A model generated the notes under the pieces. That model was not told where the DNA came from. It was given only the letters and a program-made list of their open reading frames with translations, and searched no databases. From Antedon mediterranea (taxonomy: Eukaryota; Animalia; Echinodermata): a stretch of 64,000 nt of DNA. The translations under genes and the position numbers were made by a program. The DNA lies in NCBI RefSeq assembly GCF_964355755.1, contig NC_092677.1, positions 22,555,175 through 22,619,174 on the forward strand, in the 5' to 3' direction. Below, in pieces: positions 24,947 to 39,400 of the stretch. Positions within the stretch are counted from its first letter, which is position 1; every line of letters starts with the position of its first letter.

Positions 24947-27900
24947 TAATTTTATAAAATGAACATGTTGGCTCACTTTGCTGCTTTGATGTTTAGACTT
25001 TATTGGACAAACGTTGATGATGAATATTCTAAGGTTGAGTCATGTGACCTTAATGGAGCATATCGACGCATTCATTTCAGAAAGCCCAGGTTTACATCTG
25101 AGTTTTTTAAGTTAAAAGTACATAAGGTAATAATGCAGAGTAAAGTACATGGCTTAGTTAAGGAATAGTTTAATATATTACTATTACTAACTAATAGGTA
25201 AATTTTTAAAAAGATAGCGTTTGCTGCTTTTGTTTGAAGTAGTTTTAAAAGAGTCAGACTTACAAATTATTATTAATCTGCTTATAACGTTCTCAATATT
25301 TTTCAGGAACATGTTTACATAACTGACTGGAATCACAAAGTATGGGGTATTCATAAACCGTCAGAACAGGTCTATTTTTACGTAGATTTGGATTGGCGCC
25401 CATATGGAATTTCAATATCATTCGAAGATGACAGTCAAGTAAATCAACAATGTATGTAAGACATTCTAACAACGCAATTGTAAATAAAATATTGTTGGTT
25501 CATTACAAACGCATACAAATAAATCTTCCTAATTTTATGTAGGAGTAATCTGAAGATTGCATTATTAAGTTGGTAATTTCTTGTCTTCATCTTTTTAGCC
25601 CCTTGTTTGAGCAATCCTTGTTCACATGTCTGCACTAGTGCTGAAAATGATGATTACAGATGCGTGTGTACAGACTCATTTTATCTGTTGCCTGGTGGAA
25701 ATCTATGTCAGCGTGGTATGTGAAAGAAAGTCAACAGCAATAAAACACAAGTTATAGCTTGCAGTTTGTTGCTTCATAATACAGTTAGCAACAGTATTTT
25801 TAACAAGAAAAGTGTTATTAGATAAAGATGAATAAATGTAATTAGAAAAACAATTGAATTGCCTTATCAACAAAAGATCACGTTACTAAATGGTTCTACA
25901 ACTCTTTATCTCGTCCGCTTAATTTTGTCTTAATCTATAAGCTAATTGCTGTTGTTTTTTCCTAGATGGATTCTTCCCTACGCCAGCTTTACTATACTCA
26001 AATCAAACGTCTATCCGAAAACTCAAAAACTTTCCGTATGCTCTCTCACCAAACGATGCTATTGACGAATTGCTATACAACCAACATCTCATAATTGCAT
26101 TAGAAGCAGACGTCACACGACAAATTTTGTTCTTTTCGGATGAAAGTGTTAAATCAATCTTCAGCTTAGATTTAAAGATAGCTGCTAAACCAAGGCTGAT
26201 TTCTACAAATTTGGGTTCAGTGAGAGGTATATTTGCTGTATAAATCATACTACCTTCTGGTTCCGTGTAACTATTTATTTGTGCTATTGTAATGTTGTAT
26301 TAATTTCTTAGGTATTGCTATCGACTATCTATCTAAAACACTGTACTGGACTGATTTTACTAATAATCATGTCATGATGTCATTTTATGATGGGCAGTAT
26401 CGCCATGTTGTGATTCATACAGTGCAGCCAACGAGTATTGAAGTTGATCCAATTCACCGGTAATTGTTACAAAACAAGTATTATTATTTATTTAGTGTCA
26501 CATTTTAAAGCATAAATTGTTTTATAACAAAACCAATAAAATTAAGAGAGCAAATTAATTTTAATAAAGCAAAATCTGTGTCCTTTGGTAGATATATATT
26601 TTGGATAGAGCTTGGAATATATTCACATATTGAGCGTGCTAGACTTGATGGAAGTGAAAGGAAAATTATTGTGAACTCCCAACTGGGTAAAGCAAGTGGA
26701 ATGACTTTGGATTTCAAATCACAAAGGTAGAATAGAATATTTCTAACGGTAAATAGATAAGTATTAGGACGACGACTTCCACTTCTATAATCTTTTGACA
26801 TCTACTAATTCCAACAACAACCTCCACATGTTTACGAATTTAAAACATTTTTGCTTTAAGATTGTACTTTGCTGATATATCGTCTGGTGCTATACAATCG
26901 GTTGATTTTGATGGGGAGTCAAGAAAAGTTGTATACGTTGAAGCGGGCTCTGTTTTTTCTGACATAGACATTTTTCAGGTAATAACAAGATAACAAACAT
27001 TGTATTTCCTGGATGATTCCATCCCCAACAACAAGGCAACATTTCAATTAAATGGAAACTTTAGGTCAAAAGTTTAGCGACAAATACACCTTTTAATATA
27101 AAATAAAGTCAAATTTAATATAAATAAAACATAAACATAAAGTAATGTTTTTATTCTGTATAACAAATTTGTTTTAAGTATTTAAAAATAACACTTATTT
27201 CGAAGGATCTTCTGATATGGAGTGAACTCGAAAATGGTCTACATTTTTTTAATCGAGAAACTGAAGAGTTCTTGTATTCTACACCAACTCCTGGAAGAGT
27301 ATACGGAATTGTTATGCTGGATTTCACGCGGCAACCCAATGGAACCAGTAGGTTTTGTCAATCATACTCTCACATGCCATGTTATTGTGGCCGTTGAATT
27401 AAAAAAAGCATAATATCATTCTCACTCCTGAGCATATTGATCGAAACGTCGAGAAACTCAATAGTTCTTTTCAGAACTAATATACGTGGTGTACCACAAA
27501 CCTTCGAACGACATAATATCTTTAAAAAACAACAATATATGCAACCCATCTTTTCATTATATTTACCAATATTATTCAGTACCTTAACCTATGCCGCACC
27601 AAACTGTTCTTTCTATTCTTAAGATAAAAAAAAGTTTGTTTAAAATTGATAATTCTTAAAAAAATTAATAATAATAAATTAATAATTAAATCTTTAAATA
27701 GAATATCAGTAACATTTCATTTTATCTTATATGTCACATAATATGTGATGGAAACGGTCCATTTACTTTACCTCCGTCACAGATGAGCTGTGGTATTCAC
27801 CCATAGGCTAAAGAAAACAAATAATTATATCTCTAATATTTTAATAGAGAATACAGTAACATTCAAAGTTATTAATAGTTATTTATTTGTAACGTTACTT

Positions 27901-30900
27901 TATAAGCAGTTATATTGCTGTTAAATAATATCCAAGGATAACAAATATGTCTGTATTTATAATTTCTAGGTCCATGCATGGTTAACAACGGTGGCTGTGA
28001 GCAAATCTGCCTTCCTGGAACGGGGGATAGCATTACATGCGTGTGTTCTTCTGGCTTTATTTCAGATAATAATGGAGAGTGTAACAACTGTAAGTAATGT
28101 AACATTGTTTATCCTTAGATGGAAAGTGACAGAAGTCTTCATTAATTTTGATGTATTGGTATTAATAGTATATAGAGACCACATTTGATACGAGTATATA
28201 TATTTCAATCAAGTTTAGTATCTCTGTAAGATTGATAAAAGTTAAAGATAAAATACGAAAATGTTTAATAATTTATATGTATTTTGTTTTAAGATATTGT
28301 TGAAAACAACTTCTTACTGTTAATAGACACAGGTCGTAAAACTGCATACCAAATTGACCTACAAGATCCTAATTACGCTCACACAGTACTACACATGGGT
28401 CCATTGAATAACCCAATTGCAATTGGTTTCGATCCAGTCGATCGCTACGTGTACATAAGTGACGCCGATGTGCATCTTATCAAGAGATCATTACTTGGTG
28501 GCAGGGAATTTCAAATTATTATTCATAATGCATACGGTCTGTATGAAAATTGTTTCTACATAACGAAACCCATTTTTTAAAGTTCAAAGTCACGATTTAG
28601 GTGCCTATAACTGTTATTCAAGTTTTTCAAAAACTATTGGGAAAGTATCTAAATGTATTATTTATATTTGTATATACTATATTTAAAAATAAACATTGAA
28701 TCAAACAGTTACATTATTCACTTTAATAGCTCCTGGTGGACTGGCAGTTGACCATATTCACCGATTATTGTTTTGGTCAGATGGCGTCAACGGTACCATC
28801 AACGTTTCTGGATTAGATGGTAGCAGTAAGACAATACTAATTAGCTCAAACATAGAGAAGCCAAGAGCCATTGCCGTAGATTCAATAAGAGGGTAGGTCT
28901 AAATACTAATAGTTGAAGTTATACCAGAGTCAAATAATGTACAAATGATTGTATATGAGTGCAAATAATGACATGAGGTAAATGATGATGATATTAGGTT
29001 TTTCATAATATATTAAATGCTATATATTAATTTGGATTTTAAAAACATAGCTACTGTAGTGTTAATTACGTCATGTGGATTTCATGTGTCTTGAACATTT
29101 TTTTCCGTACGGGAAAAGTCTTTTTTTTTATACGCGAAAATAGAGAAACAAAAGTTCTATTAAAAAATCGTTCAATATTTTTGCACACCACGTGACCCAC
29201 ATTTGTCCAATCAAATGACAGGAAAGATAGTATTTAACAGTGGTATAATTGTACTTGTTTCCTTCATTGTTTCATTTACGAAAACAAATTTTCTCGTGTA
29301 CGAAAAAAATCCAACAGCAGCACCCTCTGTTCTCTGAAAACGGAATCAGCGATGCGCACGATGCAATCTCTCCTTCAAAACAATATCAGAACCCTTAATT
29401 AGATGTTACATGAAATAAATAATGAATGTTTTATATTCATTGGTACAAATAATTTCTTTTATTGAAATATTAAATTCTATTTAGAATTTCATCTCTCACC
29501 TCATAACATTATTTGTACCATCGCGCTCACCTTTTCATTCTTTGTGTTTTTATATTATCTTCTATCCTGATTCACTTACAATATTTCAAAAAAGCTTAAA
29601 TTTGTACAAGTAATGAATCAAATGTTTTAGGTTCGTTACATATTATGCCAATGGAATGTTTTTTATTGGATTGATTTATTGATGTTAGCTGATTTATTGG
29701 ACATTTATTTTCACACATTATAGCTTGTTATTCTGGACAGATTGTGGAACTGATGCAAAAATTGAATGTTCTTGGATGGATGGTACTAGTAAACGTGTTT
29801 TAGTTGAGAAACACATGGGCTGTGCTAATGGTCTTGCGCTAGATGCTAAATGTAAGTCATTTAATTGTTGTATTTTACATATGCATATATGTTTGACGGT
29901 AGGCTATAGTAAACTATTTAATTTTGAATAAAAACTCAAGTGTGTTTTGCTTGATTCTACAGATCAGTTCCTATATTGGTGTGATACGCAAATGAACAGA
30001 ATCGAGAGAGTAAAATATGATGGTTCTCAACGCACGTTAATGAAGCAACTTGATTATTCTGCTCATCCATTCGACATTGTGGTCGATGATAGTTATATCT
30101 ATTTTACAGACTGGAATAACAAAACCGTGTTGCGCATGAGCAAGGTCGAAAACGATCAGCCAGTCGCTGTTGGGAAGGACGTCTTTGGAAAGCTGAGCGG
30201 TCTGATTTTGTATAATTCCAGTTTGGTGCCAAATGGGAAGGGTTTTTTTCTTTATTGTTTATTAAAGATGAAAACTTACAGCTTACAATGCTTGCTTACA
30301 ATATTGAAATCCATACACATTTCCAAACTAATAATTACCCTAACGTCATCAAGTGGTAAAAACGTGCATTTATAATTTGTAGAATGATTCTAATTTTAGG
30401 TGAAACAGTTTGTACTCAAAACAATGGCGGGTGTAATGAGCTTTGCCTGCCGACGCCAACGCGACAGACATGCGCAAACGATGGTATTTTGCTAAGAGGT
30501 AAGATGCACATACTAATGTTAGCCCAGTAAAAGAATAATTCTAAAGTAGTACAGTACATATTGTGGAAAATCTAACGTTATAAATCTCACTCTTCACTGG
30601 TCGTAGCTGCCTGACCACTGGTACCAGTTTAGAATAAATTGAATAATTGTTATCATGTTTATATTTCTAAGCAAAAACTTATTTTGCTTTTAAATAAGAT
30701 TTTGTTTTTCTTGTACTTACGACACCGTAGCCGGTTCCTTCCACGTTTGCTTGCTATTGAGAACCCAGTTTTATAAACGGGATTAGTAACCTGTCCTATC
30801 TTTACACTACTATTGGATTTTACAGAGGTGGTAGTCAGTGATCTATTAACTACAAATATAAGTGACATAACCGACAGGCCCAGTAATAACCACGATTTAA

Positions 30901-32204
30901 GCTGTACAGGTACACTGGTAGGCGAACAATGTTCGATCACATGGGGAAAAGACGATGAAGTAATAATCACTCACAAAAATACACACATTTTACCTGATGG
31001 AATATTAAATATAACTCGCATTTCTACTGAAGATGCTGAAAGATATACAAGCCTCGTAATGGCAGAGGGTCAGTAAATTGATTATCATTTAATTAAACAA
31101 ATACGTGGGACTTATCTGAACGAAAACGCATCTTTCTCTTCTCCTTGTTCACTTAAAAAACAGGATAGGATTATGCTCAATCCGCGAACAATATGATGAT
31201 AATTATTGTGCATTATGTAAACAAATGTAGTTCAAAACAACAGTACTAAGATAATTGAATTAATCTAAATGCTGGCGATCAGAGAGGAGGGTCATAATTT
31301 AATAGAACAGATTCATGTCAAGAGAGTTTTTTATAATTTAAAAATAAATAGGCCTATCGGGTAACAAATACTGTTTTGTATGGTACCTTTTTAAATTATA
31401 GGATGCGGAATTGTTACATCATCAGAAGCTTTACTAGATCAGATAGAGCTAAATGAAGATAGTTTAGGCCTACGTGTGGTAGGCGAAAGATACTCCTTGA
31501 GAGGTTCGGCGCCATGGATGGTACGTCTTTACAACTTTCGCAAAAAGAAAGCTTTCTGCGGTGGATCAATTTTAAATTCAGAATGGATAATAACAGCAGC
31601 ACATTGCATAAACGGTCCGATTTCAGTAAAACAGATGAACACTCGTATCCTTGTGACCAACCATGACTCTACAATAAGAGAAGGTTAAAAAGGAAAATTT
31701 TACAAAATTAGGAAGATTGTTAGGCATGAAGATTACGATGTTTCAACTTTCAACGCTGATGTTGCCATGATCAAACTTGAAACACCAATTTCAAACTTTA
31801 CAGATTACATTAGGCCTATATGTTTACCGACAAACAATCTAACCCTTGTAATAAAAAGGCGTCAACTTGGTCGGGTAAACGGTTGGGAAACAGACGGCCA
31901 AACACCACAGTTGAAGGAAATGTATGTACCCGTTGTTCGTCAAAGAAAGTGCATCACTTCAACAAAGCGTACAGTGACACGTAAGATGTTCTGTGCTGGA
32001 TACGCACAGAAAGCAACCAATGCGTGCAATGGAGAAGATGGCGGGTCATTTTCAATTTTTCGTGATAACCGATGGTATTTGTTCGGAATAGTTAGTTGGG
32101 GTGAAGATTGTTCTCAACCAGGTAAATATAAATATTACACTAGACTTACAGAATTTCTGGATTGGATAAATAAATTAATGACAGAAAAAAGTTTATCCAA
32201 ATAA
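23581..32204 (+). CDS. Gene 1 (multi-exon, possibly pseudogenised): 3x YWTD beta-propeller/EGF, Ig-like, trypsin-family protease homolog
   Basis: Approximate exons 23581-24063, 24397-24531, 24997-25126, 25307-25451, 25599-25715 (EGF), 25966-26226, 26312-26459, 26591-26726, 26861-26978, 27206-27347, 27970-28089 (EGF), 28294-28536, 28730-28892, 29724-29851, 29963-30235, 30400-30498 (EGF), 30826-31068 (Ig-like), 31402-32204 (protease); GIAVDW, FWSD/YWTD, PRGIAV motifs; first coding exon not located. Confidence 0.88.
24702..24773 (-). repeat. tRNA-derived sequence (SINE part or tRNA pseudogene) in an intron
   Basis: GCCCCAGTGGTCTAATGGTTAGG...GAGTTCGAGTC...TGGGGCG with A and B boxes; imperfect anticodon arm; adjacent 24800-24895 resembles 42125-42192. 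Confidence 0.65.
31402..32204 (+). pseudogene. Single-exon S1A serine protease homolog domain of gene 1
   Basis: CG...R|VVGE activation site, FCGGSILNSEWIITAAHC, NADVAM, RPICLP, MFCAGY, ACNGEDGG (no catalytic Ser), GIVSWGEDC; in-frame TAA at 31686-31688. Confidence 0.9.
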
Positions 32205-34160
32205 AACTAGAAAAAATATATACTGTTAGTATATTAAGTTGGTATACGATATTAATTAAGAATAGACAAATAATTATGGTATTGATTATTTATAATATCT
32301 TGTATTTTATATAGTTTTCAAATGAAAGTATCCTGACCATAAAGTCTAAATCGTTCTTGTATATATATCCTGTGTTTTTTGTTTTTATTAATTAAAGAAA
32401 CACTTTAATAAAGGCTTACTGTACTAAAGAATAGAATGTAAAAATGTGTAAAATGCGTAGGAACATGATATTTTATTCCTCTACTAAAGAATAGAATGTC
32501 ATTGTTTCCTGATTGTATAAAGAGGCAATTTCCGTTTGTTGATTCCGTTAATCGAGGTTTAATAACATTATTATAGCCTTTTCCAAATCGTAAAACAACT
32601 TTTGAAAAAGAGCTTCCTTATACTTAACTTGTCCAAAAGAATTGTTACACCGTTTAACAATATGCATCTAACAATGGCAATACGCCGTCAAATATACAGT
32701 AAATACTTGTCTTAGTGTTACCGTAAAGTAATTTCTTCATGGTGGTACTTGCTGTCTAGTAATACATTTTCATAATCCTACTACTTACATTGACAATGAT
32801 AATGATATTGTAGTATTGCTAAAAAAAATTGGCTGTATAAATATACCAATATTTAAATATATGGGCCTAACATTGATTACAAAAAAATATATTAGAGATG
32901 ATATGAGTTGTATTGTGTTACTCTTTTCGTGATGACACTGGTTGAGAAATATTGTTTGATAATGATATTTAAAACAATGGCTGAAAATAATGTTTTACAT
33001 GTAAAATTACATTTAACGGAAAAATATGAAGTTTATGAAACAATATTCTGCTAAAATACCAATGGAAGTCACATTTTCTTATTGTATATGTTTGTACTTG
33101 AGGACAATAAAGTATCTTCATATCTTATAAAATAGCGTATTTTCCTTGTACAAAATTACAATTTTTATTTGCCAATTCCGACAACTGTACTGTCTGATTT
33201 AATTGGTGAAGAAGCGTAATGGTAGAAATTTGTGGAGGTTGGGATGAAGATTGTTCTCAACCAGGTAAATATAGATACTACTAGACTTACAGCATTTCTA
33301 GATTTCATAAATATAGTAATGACATAAACAGATTTGTCCAAATAAAAAAAAACCATTTTAATAAAGGATCATTTATATATATTTTTGTAAATTACCAGTT
33401 CTTATGGGTTTTTACACCCTTCAATTTCTTTTCGTGTATATGTAAAATGCGTAAGGAACATGATATTTTATTCCTCTACTAAAGAATATAATGTCATTGT
33501 TTCCTGGTTGTATAAGGAGGCAATTTCGTTTTTTGATTACGTTAACCGAGGTTTAATAACATTGTTGAAGCCTTTTTAAAACCGTAACAACTCTTGAAAA
33601 ACAGCTTCCTTGTACAATCTGTACTTTTCTAAACGTGTACAAATGCGAGTCTAGTGAAGAATATGCAAAGGACAATGACAAAGCTGTCAAATTACTTCGA
33701 GATAAATACTTGTCTTAGTGTTACCATGAACTAATTCCTCCATGGTACTTGCTGTCAATATTTTGATATTTCTTATTACTTCCATTGACAATAATAATGA
33801 TATTGTAGTATTTCTAAAAATGTACGCTTAGCTTTAGAAATAGACCAATACTAATGTATGGGTCTTACGTAAGAGATATTAATATTAGAGATATGAGATA
33901 TATCAACAATGCTTGATAATAATGTTTTACATGTAAAATGATATAACGGGAAATTATGGAGTTTATGAAACAATTGTATTTTGCTAAAGATACCACACAT
34001 TTCCTTATTGTATAAGTTTGTACTTGAGGACAATAAAGTATCTTCATATTATTTTTATAGCGTCTTTTCCTTGTACGAATTTGCAATTTCCGGTAAATGA
34101 ACTAACTACAGAGTAAAGTAAAGCAGTCTGATGTATGATGATAGTAGAAATGTGTGGAGG
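32095..34160 (+). repeat. Tandem duplication of the protease tail and 3' flank
   Basis: 33237-34160 is a diverged copy of 32095-33236, starting at the WGEDCSQPGKY codons. Confidence 0.85.
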
Positions 34161-34759
34161 TTTTTAATTGGTTGAGAATTTTTGCACTTAACCCCTACTG
34201 AAAAAAACTGAAAAAATTATCGGATATGGTTCATACTTGGTACTAACACCGGTCATAGTGAAACGGCAACTTTAAACTCAAATTTGATGTCAAATGTCAT
34301 CTAATTTACATATTTATTTGACTTTTTAACCAAAATATATCTGAACATTTTTCTCCCTTACTAGCCATTATTTTGTTAAAAATTTTGATACAGTCAGGGG
34401 GGAAATGGCAAAAGATTTCCTACTTTCTATGAGTTTTATCTGATAATCTATATTATTTTGACAACTCTTGTAACATGACCACAGTGCTGATTTTGCCATT
34501 CACCCTAACTTTATACATATATGACACCAATTCATGATACGGATCACCACTTTGAATTGCCATTAAAAAATTGAAAGTTAATAACTTCATGGTAGAGTTT
34601 AACCAAAATTGTCTAGGTTATTATATATATGTTGATTATGAATTTGACACGTAATCAAGTTGGTTCGCTATAGGTAAAAGTTGACCATATACAGTGTGAT
34701 ATACACCAAATAAAAGCAGTAGTCAGCAGCCCATTTAAATGATGTATGTATTCTATAAG

Positions 34760-35400
34760 TTTAAGTACACCATGCAATCCTTCACATTCATATATACATA
34801 TTTTATGTTGACATTTAAGTACACCATGTAATCGTGCACATTCATATGTTGACATTTAAGTACACCACGTAATCGTTCACATGTTCACATTTAAGTACAC
34901 CATGTAATCGTTCACATTCATATGTTCACATTTAAGTATACCATGTAATCGTACACATTCATGTGTTCACATTTAAGTACATCATGTAATCGTTCACATT
35001 CATACAGTATGTTCACATTTAAGTTCACCATGTAATCGTACACATTCATATGTTCACATTTAAGTACACCATGTAATTGTACACGTTCATATATACACCT
35101 TTAAGTATACCATGTAATCGTTCACATTCATATGTTCACATTTAAGTACATCATGTAATTTTCACATTCATATATGCACATTTAAGTATACCATGTAATC
35201 GTTCACATTCATATGTTCACATTTACGTACACCATGTAATCGTTCACATTCATATGTTCACATTTAAGTACATCATGTAATTTTTCACATTCATTATGCA
35301 TATTTAAGTATACCATGTAATCGTTCACATTCATAATGTTCACATTTAAGTATACCATGTAATCGCTCACATTCATATGTTCACATTTAAGTTCACCCGT
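34760..35400. repeat. ~40-bp minisatellite
   Basis: About 15 copies of CATTTAAGTACACCATGTAATCGTTCACATTCATATGTTCA. Confidence 0.95.
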
Positions 35401-36438
35401 TTTACTCGTTCCGTTATTATGTGTGTCCTTGTACGTTCTTGTTACAATTATATGAAGGACCAACAACCTGTAGACTAATATGCAAATTATCTCGGTATGC
35501 AATATGCAAACGCCATATACAGTAAACGATTAATAGTAATATATGAAAGCTAAATGCGAGTGTGTTTGATTTTTAAGCTTCTAATTATTTAACCCAACTT
35601 AACTTAATATAATTCAGGCATTTAGATTAACATTCTGAGGTCAAAGGTCGAAATCGACTAACTACAACTATACTAACCAACCTCTGTGACTTACATTTTT
35701 CAAACTTTTCATAAATATTGTAGTAATTTTAATATATAGAAATAATATTTTCTTTTACTTTAAATGTGTGATTCTGGATGTAGCAATGTTATGACCTGCC
35801 GAAATACCTAAATAACAACAACGAGGTTTGGATGAAATGAGCTCTTCAAAGTTACCACTAGGTAAGTAAATGTTTGGTATAGTGTTTACATTGAACGAGC
35901 TGTCATCCAAGTCAGATCCTTAGCTGTGAGGCAGTAATCAGGTCGTCATAATACGCTCATCATAATAGCAAGTATACTTTGGACTGGTTTGTGGTTTCCA
36001 TTGAGATCCAGTCACTATTTATTACCTACGAGAATTGTCATAATTTTCAATAATTTTGGATTTATATATTTAAATGTTTAAACATTTTTTTTCCTATTTA
36101 ATAGAATTCATAGAATGGTGGTCTAATGGAGTAGCGCTCTGTAGTTGCACCCAAAATACATCAAGAAATATATCAATATTGTATCAAATTTTGACATTTT
36201 ATACTGTTTGACTGTTTCCTGTCCAGTTATTAGTTTCCAGTCACTTAACTTATTCCTGTTTTATCATTTCAATTGGTCATTTCAAGTGATTTTAATTCTA
36301 CATACTTATCTAGGCTCCAGTAGCATCATTGATGTTGGTGCATGGCTGAATAATAGCATCTTACCTGCCTGTGTTTTTCAGCAATAATGGAGTACAACTA
36401 ATTTGCACATGGCTACCTGATATTTGTGAATTGAAAAC

Positions 36439-39400
36439 ATGTCACACTCTAGGCAAGCATTATTGGCCTTCAATATTTGTGCCAAACCAGGATTGCCCCT
36501 TGCCTTATTTCATCATGTTTGTTCATTGGGATTGTACAGAGGTAAGCGTACCCGAAGGGGTATTAGAGCCCAAAGGAGACTTGTAAACAAATCATTACAG
36601 GTGTCGATACCTGTAGTTGATAACAAACATTGTGATAATAGCAATCTAGTGAAGATACAGTTGCAACCTCGTAACAATTCACGTATACAACAACCCGTCA
36701 ACTTTGCTGCCTGGAATGCCAGGTCTATAAAACCTAAGACTGCTTCTGTCTGTGACTTTATAATTACTAAGAAATTAGATATCTTTGCTATAACCGAATC
36801 ATGGCTGACAAATGATGATCGTTCCAACCGTGCTATAGCTGATATTAAAAATACTCTTCCTGACTTTGAACTTCTTCACCGATCCAGAAATCACTCAACA
36901 GGTGGAGGGGTATGTGTGATCTTGCGAAAAGGCTTCTTAGCTACTGCTAATAGTGGACCGATATTTAAATCATTTGAATATATAGATATCACCATCACTG
37001 CAAAGTCGTCCTCTTGTAGGCTGTACATTATTTATAGACCACCTTACTCAAGAAACAACAAGATAACAACTAAGATGTTCTTTTCAGACTTCTCGACTCT
37101 TCTTGAGTTGATCAATAATGTTCCTGGTCGTGTTCTACTGGCAGGGGATTTTAATCTACACATGGACGACGTGCAAAACAGTGATGCGATTACTATGAAG
37201 AACCTTCTATCCATCTCTGGTTTCACTCAGCACGTTACCGGACCCACTCACAAGAGTGGTCACACACTTGACTTGTTAATCTGCAGAGATACAGATGAAC
37301 TTATAACTGATATTAGCATCCATACTGATCAGCCTTCTGATCATTATCCAACTATGTGTCATTTGAGTATATCACGCCCGGATTCCACTAGGCATCGAAT
37401 TAGTTTCCGTAAATTGCGCCAAATTGATATTAAGTCTTTTAAGAATGACATTGTGAAATCTGAGTTGATTACGAACCCTGCTGCAGGAATTGACACACTT
37501 GTAGCTCAATACAACAACGTCCTTTCTCATCTTTTGGATTTGCATGCCCCGATAGTTACCAGGTCCATAATACTGAGACCTCACGCTCCCTGGTATAATG
37601 AGAACCTGCGTAAACAAAAGAGAGTCAAACGCCGCTGTGAAAGGAAATGGGCTTCATCTGGTTTAGAGGTACATAAACAACTGTACCACAGCGAATGCAA
37701 CACATACAAACAGTTACTTGAAAAGTCGAAGACCGACTTCCACAGATGCCAAGTATCAAAGTGTGAGCAGGGCAAGCTATTTAACCTGATTGACAATCTC
37801 ACTTCAGCAAATCATAAGCAGATTCTTCCTCTACATGAGTCTTCAGATGATATGGCTTGTCAATTTTCTGAATTCTTTCGTGATAAGATTCATAAAGTTA
37901 AAATTGACTCGAGAATGACCCTTACAGTGTCGGTAGTGTCATAATAAAAAGGCTGATGTACACTCTTTCAATACTTTTGCTAATGTGTCTCACGAGGATC
38001 TACGCAAGATAGTAATGGCTTCCAAATCATCTACTTGTCTTCTAGATCCTATACCATCAAAGCTTTTGAAGGAATGTCTCGATGAACTCATTCCCACCAT
38101 ATGTGACATTGTCAACAGATCACTATCATGTGGAACAGTTCCTGATATCTTTAAGGCTGCACGTTTAACACCACTTATTAAGAAACTCTCTTTAGACCCA
38201 GAAATATTGAAGAATTACCGTCCAATCTCCAATCTATCTTTCATTTCAAAAATACTTGAGAGATGTGTTGCCGCTCAGTTAACTAAACATCTTGTAACAA
38301 ATGACCTGCACGGCAAGAGACAATCAGCCTATCGTAAACACCATTCTACTGAAACCTCTCTGATTCGTGTCATTAATGATTTACTTCGCGCTGTTGATGT
38401 ACACAGTGAAGCAGTACTAGTGTTACTTGATCTAACTGCAGCATTTGATACCATAAATCACAAAATATTACTGCAGAGACTATCAAATCGGTATGGAGTC
38501 GATGGCACAGTTCTCAAGTGGTTTCAATCATACATGCTCAACCGCACTCAATCCGTTGCTATTAAAGAGTCAACATCGAATCCGTCTCCGCTACTGGATG
38601 GTGTTCCACAGGGGTCTGTACTGGGCCCTCTGTGTTTCACGCTTTATACATCGCCATTAGAAGATATTGTTAGTTCTTATGATGGAGTTGAGCTGATGGT
38701 GTACGCGGATGATACACAACTGTATATGATGTTTAATCCTTTGCAAACAGATAGTGCTATTTCACAACTTGAATCTTGCATCCAAGAAGTCAAGAAATGG
38801 ATGGTAGTCAATCAACTCAAACTTAATAGCGGCAAAACAGAGGTACTTCACATCACCTCCCGGTCTTTGCGGAACAATAACCAAATTGACCAAATTCAGG
38901 TTGGCTCGGAGTTTGTTCTAACGGTTCCTTCTGCACGCAATCTTGGCATTACAATCGACAACAAGCTAAGTATGTCGGGACACATTAATAACATCTGCAA
39001 GTCAGCTAACTTTGCGCTCAGGAAAATCGGTCAAGTTCGCAAGTACCTTGATAGAGGATCTGCTAAAAAGCTCATTCACGCGTTTGTTAGCTCGCGTCTT
39101 GACTGTTGTAACAGTCTTTTATGTGGCTTACCTGACTATGAGATTGCAAAACTCCAGCTAGTTCAAAACACTGCTGCAAGGATGATCACTTTGACTAAAA
39201 AGCGGCACAGTATTACACCGGTGTTGAAAGAGCTTCACTGGCTGCCAGTGTGTAAGAGAATAACGTTTAAAATCTCGCTGATCACTTACAACGCGTTACA
39301 TGGGCTTGCCCCTGATTATATTCGCGAGCTCATTTCTGAATACATCCCGTCGCGCTCTTTAAGGTCTGGTGATCAATTTCTTCTAACATTACCAAAATCA

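Noticed and set aside
23581-32204. Beta-propeller gene as a RAG2-like partner of the RAG1-like remnant
   Set aside because: Repeats are extracellular YWTD/EGF, not kelch; no PHD finger; lies outside the putative element and is divergently oriented
34760-35400. CRISPR-like regular array
   Set aside because: Head-to-tail units with no unique spacers, eukaryotic context, no cas genes
35837-35866. Candidate first exon of gene 2 (ATG...AG|GTAAGT)
   Set aside because: Phase 1, whereas the exon at 42330 needs phase 2, and it is not hydrophobic like a signal peptide
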